Assembly (NCBI GenBank): GCA_028293825.1 | Contig: JAQGNY010000015.1 | Span: forward strand, 10,388 to 74,387 | Direction of reading: 5' to 3' | Origin: Verrucomicrobiaceae bacterium | GTDB lineage: Bacteria; Pseudomonadota; Gammaproteobacteria; Pseudomonadales; CAMLJR01 | Length of the DNA: 64,000 nt | Shown: positions 16,927 through 26,672 of the stretch, one piece after another | Layout: every line of letters starts with the position of its first letter | Position numbering within the stretch: the first letter of the stretch is position 1 | Program-made: the position numbers and the translations under genes | Notes under the pieces: model-generated | Databases searched by the model: none | What the model was told of the DNA's origin: nothing | What the model saw: only the letters and a program-made list of their open reading frames with translations

Positions 16927-17637
16927 ATGGTTAACTACTTTCTCCGCCGCACCCCATCGGCGCGCCAAATTGCCGAGCATTGCGCACTTTGCGGCGCCTC
17001 CTCTGCCGCCGACGATCACATCCATGCCGGCATTTGCACGCCGTGTTCAGCCGACTTGGGTTGGATTCATCACGCCTGCGTTCATTGCGGACTGCCGCTG
17101 CCGCAACACGGACTGTGCGCACTCTGCCAGATCAAACCACCGCCGTTTATGCGCTGCGTCAGCCCGCTAACTTATGAAGCACCGATCAGCCATTTGATCG
17201 GCGCGTTCAAATATCAAAATCAACTGCAGTACGGCCGCATTCTTAGCGCGCTGTTGATAGAACAGTTGCGCGGCTGGGATTCGCTGGCGGCCGATTTGAT
17301 TATTCCGGCACCGCTGCATTGGCGGCGACGCTGGGCGCGCGGGTTCAATCAGGCCGAAATCATCGGCGATGAAATCAGCCGCGCGCTGGCGATTCCACTG
17401 CAAGCGCGCTGGCTCAAACGTGTCCGCGCGACGCCGCGCCAACAGGATTTGAACGCCGAGCAGCGCCGCAAAAACCTGCGCGGCGCCTTCGCGATCAAGC
17501 AGTCGCTGCGTAATCTGCATGTCGCGCTGGTGGACGATGTCGTCACCACCGGCGCCACCGCCGCCGAAATCAGCCAGGTTTTGCTCGCGGCGGGCGCGGC
17601 CTCGGTGCAAGTTTGGTGTCTGGCACGCACGCCCTGA
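16927..17637 (+). CDS. comF: ComF family protein (phosphoribosyltransferase-like)
   Basis: Cys-rich N-terminus (CALCG...CTPC...CVHCG...CALC) and a C-terminal PRTase motif [13 protein letters not shown]. Divergent from bioB, as in Pseudomonas. Confidence 0.8.
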   Translation: MVNYFLRRTPSARQIAEHCALCGASSAADDHIHAGICTPCSADLGWIHHACVHCGLPLPQHGLCALCQIKPPPFMRCVSPLTYEAPISHLIGAFKYQNQLQYGRILSALLIEQLRGWDSLAADLIIPAPLHWRRRWARGFNQAEIIGDEISRALAIPLQARWLKRVRATPRQQDLNAEQRRKNLRGAFAIKQSLRNLHVALVDDVVTTGATAAEISQVLLAAGAASVQVWCLARTP

Positions 17638-17697
17638 GATGCGCGCAACCAAACTGGACACGCGTGATAGAGTGAAGCGCATTCGCAGGAGTTGTTT

Positions 17698-18696
17698 ATG
17701 AGTTCCAATCCGCATCCCTTTGCACAGCTGTCACCGGAACTGGTTATCGACGCGGTCGAAAGCACGGGTCGCCTGTCCGATCTGCGCGTGTTCGCGCTGA
17801 ACAGTTACGAAAACCGTGTCTATCAAATCGGCATCGAGCCTTCTATTTCTGAAAAAGGAGAGCCACTGATCGTCAAGTTTTATCGGCCCGAGCGCTGGAG
17901 CGATGCGCAGATTCTTGAAGAGCATCGCTTCTCGCAGCAATTGGTCGATGCCGAACTGCCGGTAGTAGCGCCGCTGCGCGATGACAATGGCGAGACACTG
18001 TTCCGCTTCGGCGACTTTCGCTTTTCGTTTTTTCCGCGCCGTGGCGGCCAGGCGCCCGATCTCGACAACCCCGACAATCAATTGATGCTCGGCCGCCAGC
18101 TGGCCCGCATGCATGCAATCGGCGCGACCGAAAATTACCAGGCGCGGCCGGCGCTCGACATTAAAACCTTCGGTTACGACAGCTATCACTTCGTCGCCGA
18201 GCACTGCCTTAGCGGCGACTTGCTGCGCGCTTACAGCTCGCTGTGCGAAGACCTACTGAAGCGCATTGAAAAACTGTTCGATGACATCCAGCCAAAACTG
18301 ATTCGCACCCACAGCGACTGCCACGTTGGCAATATTCTCAGCCGTGACCAGCAATGTCTGTTCGTCGATCTCGACGACAGCCGCATGACGCCGGCGATTC
18401 AGGATTTGTGGATGCTGCAATCGGGCGAGCGCCACGAGCGCATCGCGCAACTGGCCGAACTGATCGAAGGTTATGGCGAGTTTTTCGACTTTGATTACCG
18501 CGAGCTGTCACTGATCGAAGCGTTGCGCACCTTGCGGCTGATGCACTTCTCCGCTTGGCTGGCGCGACGTTGGCAAGATCCGGCGTTCCCGCTCGGCTTT
18601 CCGTGGTTCGGCAGCGAGCGCTACTGGGCCGATCATATTCTGGAGTTGCGCGAGCAATTGTTCGCATTGAACGAGCCGCCGCTGCGACTGTTCTGA
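17698..18696 (+). CDS. srkA: Stress-response Ser/Thr kinase SrkA (YihE/RdoA family)
   Basis: ATG at 17698 after an AGGAG RBS; the track ORF begins at a TTG 6 nt earlier. Product has ...LNSYENRVYQIG...IVKFYRPERWS...RTHSDCHVGNIL...VDLDD..., an aminoglycoside-phosphotransferase-like kinase. Confidence 0.8.
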   Translation: MSSNPHPFAQLSPELVIDAVESTGRLSDLRVFALNSYENRVYQIGIEPSISEKGEPLIVKFYRPERWSDAQILEEHRFSQQLVDAELPVVAPLRDDNGETLFRFGDFRFSFFPRRGGQAPDLDNPDNQLMLGRQLARMHAIGATENYQARPALDIKTFGYDSYHFVAEHCLSGDLLRAYSSLCEDLLKRIEKLFDDIQPKLIRTHSDCHVGNILSRDQQCLFVDLDDSRMTPAIQDLWMLQSGERHERIAQLAELIEGYGEFFDFDYRELSLIEALRTLRLMHFSAWLARRWQDPAFPLGFPWFGSERYWADHILELREQLFALNEPPLRLF

Positions 18697-18791
18697 CAGT
18701 CTTTTTTGCGCGGACGCCCCCCTTTGCGTGGGGGATGCGGCAATAGCCGGCTCGCGTATAATCCGGCCATTACCCGCTCTGGAGCGCGCCC

Positions 18792-19625
18792 GTGAAAACA
18801 TCCAAACATGCGAAGCCCGCCGCCCTCGATCCGCTGTGGCAGGCCATCCGCGACGAGACCGCGCACGAGGCCGAGAACGAACCGATTCTTGCCAGCTTTC
18901 TGCACGCGACCATCCTCAATCACGACACCCTCGAAGCCGCGCTGAGTTTTCACCTCGCCAATAAACTTGATAGCCCAACCGCGTCGGCGCTATTGGTACG
19001 CGAAGTGATCGAAGAGGCGTTGCGCGGCGATGCCAGCATTGGCGAAGCAATTCGCAGCGATATTCGCGCGGTAAAAGAACGCGACTCGGCCTGCGCCGGC
19101 TTCTCGGTGCCGTTTTTGTACTTCAAAGGTTTCCATGCACTGCAGGCGTATCGCATCGCGCATTGGTTGTGGTCGCAGGGCCGCGAAGCGCTGGCGCTGT
19201 TTTTTCAGAATCGAATTTCCGCAGAGTTCGGCGTCGACATTCACCCTGCTGCCCTTATCGGTCGCGGTGTGATGATGGATCACGCCACCGGAATTGTGAT
19301 CGGTGAAACCGCCGTGGTCGGTGACAACGTGTCGATCATGCAATCAGTAACGCTGGGCGGCACCGGGAAAGAAACCGGTGACCGCCATCCGAAAGTCGGC
19401 AACGGCGTGTTGTTGAGCGCAGGCGCGAAGATTCTCGGCAATATCAAAATCGGCGATGGCGCGCAGGTCTGCGCCGGTAGTGTGGTGCTGAAAGAAGTAC
19501 CGCCGCATACCGTCGTCGCCGGCGTGCCGGCAAAAGTGATCGGCAAGCCCTGCTGCGAACAGCCAGCGCTGGAAATGAATCACCGCGTTGATGTGCCGGA
19601 AAGCGAGCAGCAGTTTTTGTATTGA
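18792..19625 (+). CDS. cysE: Serine O-acetyltransferase
   Basis: GTG start with a GGAG RBS. Product has ...EPILASFLHATILNH...FKGFHALQAYRIAHWLW...GVDIHPAALIGRGVMMDHATGIVIGETAVVGDNVSIMQSVTLGGTGKE.GDRHPKV (hexapeptide repeats). Confidence 0.9.
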   Translation: MKTSKHAKPAALDPLWQAIRDETAHEAENEPILASFLHATILNHDTLEAALSFHLANKLDSPTASALLVREVIEEALRGDASIGEAIRSDIRAVKERDSACAGFSVPFLYFKGFHALQAYRIAHWLWSQGREALALFFQNRISAEFGVDIHPAALIGRGVMMDHATGIVIGETAVVGDNVSIMQSVTLGGTGKETGDRHPKVGNGVLLSAGAKILGNIKIGDGAQVCAGSVVLKEVPPHTVVAGVPAKVIGKPCCEQPALEMNHRVDVPESEQQFLY

Positions 19626-19639
19626 AGCTGCTGCCGAGA

Positions 19640-19673
19640 AGATGAAAAGTCAGCGCGACTTTTCATCTTTTTT
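19640..19673 (+). terminator. Rho-independent terminator of cysE
   Basis: Perfect 12-bp stem AGATGAAAAGTC-agcgc-GACTTTTCATCT followed by TTTTT. Confidence 0.85.
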
Positions 19674-19718
19674 ATTAACACCCATCTGCCTTAAATTACT
19701 TAAAACTCTTTATCAAAA

Positions 19719-20534
19719 CTATCGCTTGCAATTGGGATGACGTCCTTGCTGCTGCGCAGCGCGTGCATCTTCTTCCGCCATCGGCAACGCGCGATTCAAT
19801 GCCGCCATCCGCGTTTGATCGGACGGGTGCGTGGACATAAATTCCGGCGTTTTGCTTTTATCCGCCGCCGCCATGTTCTGCCACAACGCCACGCTTTCAT
19901 CGGGATTAAAGCCCGCATCGGCCATCAGACGCAGACCGATCATATCGGCTTCGGATTCCTGCGTGCGACTGAACGGCAGCAGAACGCCATAGGTTATTCC
20001 CGCGCCCAACGCTCCGACCGCCAACCCTTTTTGCGGGCTGTCGGACGTCGCCGCGATAATGCCGCCGACAACCAACGCACCCTGCGCCGCGAATTGCTGC
20101 GACAAACGCTCCGCACTGTGATGCGCGCGCACGTGACCGATTTCATGACCAATCACTGTCGCCAGCTGATCCTGGTTCTCCGCAACTTTTAAAATTCCGC
20201 TGTGCACGCCGATCTTTTTGCCCGGCAGCGCAAACGCATTCGGCGTGTCGTCTTGAAATACATTGATTTCCCAACCTTGGCCTTCATCGCCCGGCAGCGA
20301 CGCCAGAATCGCTTTCGCGACACAATTAACGTACGCATTAGTGCCGGCATCTTTGCTCAGTGGCTGCTTCTTTTTTAAATCGTCGTAGGCCGAAATTCCC
20401 ATTTTGCTGACTTCGCTGTCGGTAAAATTAGGCAGAATAAATTGCTTGCGGCCGGTCGGCGATACCGTGCATGCCAGAAGCAGCAAAGCCGCTAGTGCGA
20501 TCAGGCTGCGCTTCATCGATTGTGTACTAACCAT
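19719..20534 (-). CDS. M48-family zinc metallopeptidase lipoprotein (LoiP/YggG-like)
   Basis: Lipobox LLLLAC in the signal peptide and the HEIGH zinc motif (VIGHEIGHVRAHHSAERL). 271 aa. Confidence 0.85.
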   Translation of the reverse strand: MVSTQSMKRSLIALAALLLLACTVSPTGRKQFILPNFTDSEVSKMGISAYDDLKKKQPLSKDAGTNAYVNCVAKAILASLPGDEGQGWEINVFQDDTPNAFALPGKKIGVHSGILKVAENQDQLATVIGHEIGHVRAHHSAERLSQQFAAQGALVVGGIIAATSDSPQKGLAVGALGAGITYGVLLPFSRTQESEADMIGLRLMADAGFNPDESVALWQNMAAADKSKTPEFMSTHPSDQTRMAALNRALPMAEEDARAAQQQGRHPNCKR

Positions 20535-20663
20535 GAAATACCTCTGGGCTGAAACAATGAAAACAACGATTTGATCTTTGATGTTCCCGACTCGAACGCT
20601 GCGAGCCGGGATTATTTAAACGTCAGCGATTTATCGATTCAAGCAATCTGCAAATAACCCGGG

Positions 20664-20999
20664 TTATTGCGCGCTCCACGGCGTGCAAATGGGCGGATCG
20701 GTGACATCTTTGTATTCGCACAACGACACGGTGCCGTTGCTGGCATTGATGCGCCATGTCGACAATACATCGTCGCCACCGATGATCTGATAATTACCCG
20801 CCGTGCCGCCGATACTCCACGGATAACACTGCGGTTCATTTTTGTGACCTTCAAAGCTGCATAGCGATACCGCGCCGTTGCCGTGATTTACTCGCCATAC
20901 CGATAAGTTACCCTTGGTCGAAACGCCGCTGAACTGGCCGTCGGCCGCACTGGCCATCGCTACGAAAAGAAGTGGTACTACTGCAATTATTGCTTTCAT
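20664..20999 (-). CDS. Secreted hypothetical protein built from two tandem Cys-containing repeats
   Basis: 111-aa product with signal peptide MKAIIAVVPLLFVAMASA. LSVWRVNHGNGAVSLCSFEGHKNEPQCYPWS (aa 32-62) is repeated as LSTWRINASNGTVSLCEYKDVTDPPICTPWS (aa 79-109). No family recognised. Confidence 0.6.
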   Translation of the reverse strand: MKAIIAVVPLLFVAMASAADGQFSGVSTKGNLSVWRVNHGNGAVSLCSFEGHKNEPQCYPWSIGGTAGNYQIIGGDDVLSTWRINASNGTVSLCEYKDVTDPPICTPWSAQ

Positions 21000-21244
21000 A
21001 TGAGCAGCTCCGAGAAGGGATAGATGTGCCGGATTAGTTAGGATTTTGATACCGGCGGCGCGGCCATTCTAGCACCGCCGCGATGGCGCGCCGAAAAGCT
21101 TGCGGCGCAATCGACGGCAGCCGCCAAACCCGGTATTTTGCTCAACCGGTCGCCAGCGCAAGGGCAACAAAGCAATTCGATGGCGACGCTTTTTACTCCA
21201 CCACAGCCAATCCCCAACACGCGTTAATTCGCATCGAGCAGTTC

Positions 21245-22273
21245 ATGAAAGGTCGCGGCACCGATTACAACCCACACAATCGCTTCGCACCGCTGACCAG
21301 CGAAATCGACGCCGAATTCGCCGCGCCAAATGCGAACACGCAGGTCAGTATCGAAACCGCGCGCAGCATCATCAGTTACAACAATTCGCCAGACGTGCCG
21401 TTCGAGCGCTCGATCAATCCATATCGCGGCTGCGAGCACGGTTGCATTTATTGCTTCGCGCGACCGACGCATGCGTACTTGGATTTATCGCCGGGTCTGG
21501 ATTTCGAAACCAAGTTATTTGCGAAAACCAACGCCGCACAAGTGCTACGCGATGAACTCGCCAAACGCAATTATCAATGCGTGCCGATTACCATTGGCGC
21601 CAACACAGACGGCTATCAACCGATCGAAAAACAATACCGGCTGACGCGGCAAATTCTCGAAGTGTTATGGGAGCATCGTCACCCATGCAGCATCATCACC
21701 AAAAGCCAAATCATCTGCGACGACTTAACGCTGCTGAAAAAAATGGCCGGCGAAAACCTGGTGAAAGTGATGATTAGCGTGACCACGCTCGATGACGATT
21801 TAAAAAGAAAACTGGAGCCGCGCGCGGCCAGCGGACAAGCGCGCATCAATACGATGGCGCAACTCGCCGATGCGGGAATTCCGGTCGGCGTTTTAGCATC
21901 GCCGATGATTCCCGCATTGAACGACAGCGAACTCGAAACAATTTTGACGCAGGCCAAACAAGCCGGTGCCGAAAGCGCGGGCTATATTTTGCTGCGTTTA
22001 CCGCTGGAAATTGCCGGGTTATTCGAAAATTGGCTGCAGGAACATTACCCATTGCGCGCCGAACATGTGATGAGTTTGATTCGGCAAAGTCGCGATGGTG
22101 CCAACTACGATTCAACGTTTCATACGCGGATGCGCGGCACCGGCGTGTTTGCCGATTTGCTCGCCGCACGCTTTAAACGCGCGGCCCGCGCATTGCATTT
22201 AAATGAAAAAAAGACCGAGCTGCGCACCGATTTATTTAAAGTGCCGACCGCGCAGATCAGTCTCGATTGGTAA
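21245..22273 (+). CDS. PA0069-family radical SAM protein
   Basis: Internal ATG at 21245 gives MKGRGTDYNPHNRFAPL...SPDVPFERSINPYRGCEHGCIYCFARPTHAYL. The CxxxCxxC motif sits in the characteristic PA0069-type context. Confidence 0.8.
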   Translation: MKGRGTDYNPHNRFAPLTSEIDAEFAAPNANTQVSIETARSIISYNNSPDVPFERSINPYRGCEHGCIYCFARPTHAYLDLSPGLDFETKLFAKTNAAQVLRDELAKRNYQCVPITIGANTDGYQPIEKQYRLTRQILEVLWEHRHPCSIITKSQIICDDLTLLKKMAGENLVKVMISVTTLDDDLKRKLEPRAASGQARINTMAQLADAGIPVGVLASPMIPALNDSELETILTQAKQAGAESAGYILLRLPLEIAGLFENWLQEHYPLRAEHVMSLIRQSRDGANYDSTFHTRMRGTGVFADLLAARFKRAARALHLNEKKTELRTDLFKVPTAQISLDW

Positions 22274-22360
22274 ATTATTAATCCGGCTGTGAACATCGTC
22301 GGATTAATAACAAACGCAGGATGCGTTTTGTGCGGCGAAAGCCGCGAAATGGTTAATAAA

Positions 22361-23341
22361 TTATTTCAAACAGCGCTGCACAAACAGTTGCACCGCTTCT
22401 GCCAGCTCCTGATCTTCCGGCGTATTGCCACCGAAGCCACCGTGCGGCATCGCTTCAAATACATGCAACTCGACATCTATTTTTGCTTTCAATAAACCGC
22501 GATGCATGCGCACGGTATTCGATAAAAATAAATCGCGCGTGCCGGTCTGCAAGAACGTCGGCGGAAAACCTTTGCTGAAATCGCCAAATAATGGCGATAA
22601 ATACGGATGGGTTAAATCGTGACCATTCGCATACAGCAAACTCAATTCGAGCAAACCGGTTTTTAACGCCACATCGATATCGCGGTTGGTGTGAAAACTA
22701 TCGCCCGTTTCTTCCAGATCGACTTCCGGCGTCAACAACACCACGCCCGCCGGCAACGGCAAACCTTCATCACGTGCGCGCAGCATTAATGCTGCGGCCA
22801 AGTTGCCGCCAGCCGATGAACCGCTGACGATAATTTCAGCCGACGAATAAAGTTTTAGCAACGCGCGATACGCCGCAATGCAGTCGTCGAGCGCAGCTGG
22901 ATATGGATGATCCGGCGGCATCCGGTAATCGATGGTGTAGGTAAGCATGCCAGCGCGCAGCGCCATAAATTTGCCCATGCTGCAGCAAACACTGCCGCCA
23001 CCCATCACCAACGCGCCACCGTGAATATCCAGCAACACGCCGCGCGAATTCGCCGGCAAATTATTCGGCTTGATTAAAAATACCGGCACGCCGCCAAGCT
23101 CGGTAGCTTCGTGTTCGGCGAGCTGATCGAAACCCGCCATCATCGCGCCAACGGCGCCATCGGCGACGGCAACCCAGTTTTTCCAACCGGCCTTATCGTC
23201 GAGGGCCGGCCGCGCCGGCATGTCATATTGCTGCGCGGCCAGCGATAAATACGTGCGCGCCTGCGCGCTGATCGATGTCGGTGGGGGAATTTCGCGCGCG
23301 CTCAATCGTATGGGTTGTAATTCGTCGGCGGTTTTATTCAT
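22361..23341 (-). CDS. Alpha/beta hydrolase (HSL-type esterase/lipase)
   Basis: HGGALVMGGG oxyanion motif, GSSAGGNLAAA (GxSxG) and a C-terminal ...HVFEAMPHGG. 326 aa. Confidence 0.8.
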   Translation of the reverse strand: MNKTADELQPIRLSAREIPPPTSISAQARTYLSLAAQQYDMPARPALDDKAGWKNWVAVADGAVGAMMAGFDQLAEHEATELGGVPVFLIKPNNLPANSRGVLLDIHGGALVMGGGSVCCSMGKFMALRAGMLTYTIDYRMPPDHPYPAALDDCIAAYRALLKLYSSAEIIVSGSSAGGNLAAALMLRARDEGLPLPAGVVLLTPEVDLEETGDSFHTNRDIDVALKTGLLELSLLYANGHDLTHPYLSPLFGDFSKGFPPTFLQTGTRDLFLSNTVRMHRGLLKAKIDVELHVFEAMPHGGFGGNTPEDQELAEAVQLFVQRCLK

Positions 23342-23508
23342 CGTTATCTCCTAGGAATTCTGAGGTATGCGCGGCATCATCACGCATGCGTAATTAGCGG
23401 CCTAATTAAATAATGGTAAGCGGCTAACTTGACGCGACATCTAATAACGGGAAGCGGCGACACGCGTGTGTTAGCGTATCGCCCGCCGACTGAGCGGAGC
23501 ACACAACG

Positions 23509-24078
23509 ATGCACAACAAAAAAACAATATTCCTATGGCGAAGTTTTTTCGCGCTCGCGCTGGTGTGCGCCAGCGTCACCGCGCGCGCGGACTCGGTTGA
23601 AATCGATTACGACACCAACGCCGATTTCAGCCGTTTTAATTATTACCAATGGCAGGACCAGAGCGACAACCTCGACGGCGTATTTGCGACGCTGAGCGAT
23701 ACGCAAGTGCGCGATGCATTGACACCGAGTATCGAGGGCCTGGCATTGCTGGCGACACCCGAACACAGCGCGGATTTTCTCGTCCGCTATTTTGTGCGCG
23801 AACAGAAAAAAGTCGTCGATGATCGTCCGCGCATCGGCATCGGTATCGGCAGTATGGGCAACAATGTCGGCGGCGGATTTTCATTCAGCTTGCCGCTGGG
23901 CGGCGATAACCTCGACAAGCAGGCGCATGTCATTGTCGACCTGCTCGACCCGAAAACGCAGAAGTTGCTGTGGCGCGGCAGTCTGTTGACTGGCATAAGC
24001 AGCAGCTCGCCGGAAATCAATCAAAGACAAATCCAGAAAGCCGGCGTAGAAATTCTGAAGAAATTTCCGCCGCGTTAA
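23509..24078 (+). CDS. DUF4136-like lipoprotein/secreted protein
   Basis: Signal peptide (FFALALVCASVTARA) followed by VEIDYDTNADFSRFNYYQW..., with the size (189 aa) and pattern of DUF4136 proteins. Confidence 0.6.
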   Translation: MHNKKTIFLWRSFFALALVCASVTARADSVEIDYDTNADFSRFNYYQWQDQSDNLDGVFATLSDTQVRDALTPSIEGLALLATPEHSADFLVRYFVREQKKVVDDRPRIGIGIGSMGNNVGGGFSFSLPLGGDNLDKQAHVIVDLLDPKTQKLLWRGSLLTGISSSSPEINQRQIQKAGVEILKKFPPR

Positions 24079-24177
24079 GTAAATCCCCTCCTCATGTTTA
24101 CGGCGCCAACTGGTCACTGCAACACTCACTGCTGACCTCAACGGTGCCGATAGCCGCTCAATAAATCGATGCATATC

Positions 24178-24193
24178 GAGAACAATTCTCATT
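24178..24193. promoter_or_regulatory. Weak Fur-box-like palindrome upstream of the TonB-dependent receptor
   Basis: GAGAACAATTCTCATT; its reverse complement AATGAGAATTGTTCTC matches 12/16 positions of AATGATAATCATTATC. A related 16-mer, GCGAACGGTTCTTATT, lies at 24221-24236. The site is about 200 nt upstream of the receptor ATG. Confidence 0.3.
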
Positions 24194-24395
24194 GCCACAA
24201 ACCTTGCCCAACATTACAATGCGAACGGTTCTTATTAGCTCGTCCGCAAGCTCCTGAGTTTCTCGAGTAATCATTCGCGATCATCACTCTTGTCGATGAC
24301 CTCGTTCACGGCTTGCACCTGACGCACGGCCGCGCCTGCTTATAAAACGGATTGCCACCCGTCGTCCGCCCACTCATTTCAAGGGAAATCTGTAC

Positions 24396-26552
24396 ATGTT
24401 CGCTCGTCGTTTACTCTCTCGCGCGATTGCTGCCGGCATCGCCTTGTCCGGCCCTACCATGACTCAAATAGCTTTCGCGCAGGCTGCGGCCTTTGGCGCC
24501 GAAACCACCCTAAAGGCGGTAAATGTCAAAGCAGCCGCTGCCACCGATGCCACCGAAAACAGCGGCTCATATACTGCCGGAGCCTCCAGCACGCCAACGC
24601 GGCTGAATCTGTCGTTGCGTGAAACACCGCAGTCGATCAGCGTTATCACGCGGCAGCAAATGGACGATCAGGGCCTGATCAGCGTCGGCAAAGTACTGGA
24701 GCAATCGGTCGGCATAACGCTCAACCAAGCCGAAACCGATCGGGTATTCCCGATCGCACGCGGCTTTGCCATTACCAATACTCAATACGACGGCATTCCG
24801 ACCGCAGCCGGCGGCAGCTACGACGACGACTTACTCGTTGATACCGCCATTTACGACCGCATCGAAATCGTACGCGGTGCGACTGGTTTGCTGACAGGAG
24901 TCGGCTCGCCTTCAGCGGCGATTAACCTGGTACGCAAGCGCCCAACCGCCGATTTTCAAGGGCATGTTTCGGCGAGCGCGGGCCGCTGGGATAACTACCG
25001 CGGCGATGTCGATGTATCCGGTCCGCTGCGCGATGACGGCCGGGTCCGCGGCCGCTTCGTCGGTGCCTATCAGGACCGCAACTCCAATCTGGATTTCTAC
25101 GGCAACGACCGCACCGTGCTGTATGGCATCGTTGAAGGCGATATCACCGACACTACCCTGCTCACGCTCGGCCTTGACTATCAACGCAGCCACACCAATG
25201 GCGTCACCTATGGCGAGCCCGTGCCGCTATTTTTTGCCGATGGCGGCCGCACGCATTTCGCGCGCAGCACCACCACCGGCAATGACTGGACCTATCTCGA
25301 TAAAGAACGACTGATCAGCTTCGCCAGCATCGAACAGCAGTTTGGCAGCGGCTGGATGGCGAAAATGCAATTCACGAATATCGACGGCGATATTTCTAAC
25401 CGCATGATTTATCTCTCTGGCTATCCCGATCGCGTTACTGGCGCCGGCATGGACGCCAGTCAAAACAGCTTCGACTCGGCACACAAACAAAATGCCGTCG
25501 ATTTGTACGCCAACGGCCCGTTCCAACTGTTCGGTCGCGAACATGAGCTGGTCGTCGGCTGGAGCTATAACGAGGACAAAACCGATCGCAAAGCGCATGA
25601 AGATATCAGCGTTGAACCGCTCACCAACTTCTACGACTGGAACAATTATCCATCACCAGTGTTTGGCGATTACGCCAATCGTTGGGGCTGGCAAACCCGC
25701 CAAGACGGCGCTTACACCGCGTTGCGCCTGCAACTCGCCGATCCGTTCAAGTTAATCGTCGGCGCCCGCCTGACCAATGTCGCTTACAGCTCGTATTTCA
25801 ACGGCCCGGCAGAAACCGTTACTTACAGCAGCGAAATCATTCCGTACGCCGGCTTGGTGTACGACTTCGCCGCGCACTATTCGGCGTACATCAGTTACAC
25901 GGAAATTTTTGAGCCGCAAACGGCGCGTGATCGCAACGGGAAACTGCTCGATCCGATGACCGGCACCAACTATGAGGCGGGCGTTAAAGGCGAATATTTC
26001 AACGGCAAACTGAATCTGTCGGCCGCGATATTTAAAGTCGAGCAGGATAATTTCGCCGTCGAAGACATCATCGATCCCGCAACCGACGAGCAGCGCTACA
26101 AGGCGATTTCCGGTACCGAAGTACGCGGCTATGAATTAGAAGTGAGCGGCGAACCGCTGCCGGGCTGGAATGTGGCCGGCGGGTTCACGCGGCGTATCGC
26201 CAAGGACGCCAATGGCTCGAATATCCAGACTATCGAACCGCAGCAACTGTTGCGCCTGACCAGTAGCTATCGCCTGCCGGGACAGCTGGAAAAAATTAGC
26301 CTGGGCGGCCATGTCACCTGGCAGAGCGAAATTTATAACGACGGTATCGGCCCGAATGGCGAGCGTGCTTCGCAAGGCGCTTACAGTCTGCTGGATTTAT
26401 TCGGGACGTATAAAGCGACGGAACAACTCAGCTTTCAGCTCAATCTGAATAACGTGCTCGATAAAACCTACTACAAGAGCGTTGGCTACTACGGCGGTGG
26501 TTTTTACGGCGAGCCGCGCAATTTGATGGCGACGGTGAAGTATCAGTTCTGA
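24396..26552 (+). CDS. TonB-dependent siderophore receptor (FhuE/FoxA-like, no N-terminal signalling extension)
   Basis: 718-aa product with a signal peptide, a TonB-box-like TTLKAVNVKA and a plug domain (LRETPQSISVITRQQMDDQGL...IEIVRGATGLLTGVGSPSAAINLVRKRP). The C-terminal beta-barrel ends in ...NLMATVKYQF. Confidence 0.9.
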   Translation: MFARRLLSRAIAAGIALSGPTMTQIAFAQAAAFGAETTLKAVNVKAAAATDATENSGSYTAGASSTPTRLNLSLRETPQSISVITRQQMDDQGLISVGKVLEQSVGITLNQAETDRVFPIARGFAITNTQYDGIPTAAGGSYDDDLLVDTAIYDRIEIVRGATGLLTGVGSPSAAINLVRKRPTADFQGHVSASAGRWDNYRGDVDVSGPLRDDGRVRGRFVGAYQDRNSNLDFYGNDRTVLYGIVEGDITDTTLLTLGLDYQRSHTNGVTYGEPVPLFFADGGRTHFARSTTTGNDWTYLDKERLISFASIEQQFGSGWMAKMQFTNIDGDISNRMIYLSGYPDRVTGAGMDASQNSFDSAHKQNAVDLYANGPFQLFGREHELVVGWSYNEDKTDRKAHEDISVEPLTNFYDWNNYPSPVFGDYANRWGWQTRQDGAYTALRLQLADPFKLIVGARLTNVAYSSYFNGPAETVTYSSEIIPYAGLVYDFAAHYSAYISYTEIFEPQTARDRNGKLLDPMTGTNYEAGVKGEYFNGKLNLSAAIFKVEQDNFAVEDIIDPATDEQRYKAISGTEVRGYELEVSGEPLPGWNVAGGFTRRIAKDANGSNIQTIEPQQLLRLTSSYRLPGQLEKISLGGHVTWQSEIYNDGIGPNGERASQGAYSLLDLFGTYKATEQLSFQLNLNNVLDKTYYKSVGYYGGGFYGEPRNLMATVKYQF

Positions 26553-26590
26553 AAACAGAATTATCGACATGGACGTCGACCGATAGAATG

Positions 26591-26627
26591 AAAAAAAGCG
26601 ATGACGTTGCAGCGTCATCGCTTTTTT
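26591..26627. terminator. Bidirectional rho-independent terminator between the receptor gene and hemE
   Basis: An A-run, then AAAGCGATGACG-ttgcag-CGTCATCGCTTT (12-bp perfect stem), then a T-run. Confidence 0.85.
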
Positions 26628-26672
26628 AATTGCGCGCATAGCTGCGTCGCAAATGAATGGTTGTGTCGCTGA

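Noticed and set aside
24240-24300. Second Fur-box-like AT-rich stretch (TAATCATTCGCGATCATCAC) and a possible cobalamin riboswitch upstream of the TonB-dependent receptor
   Set aside because: Alignment to the Fur 19-mer is poor in every register. No B12-box-like sequence is present, and the receptor looks like a siderophore (FhuE/FoxA) type.
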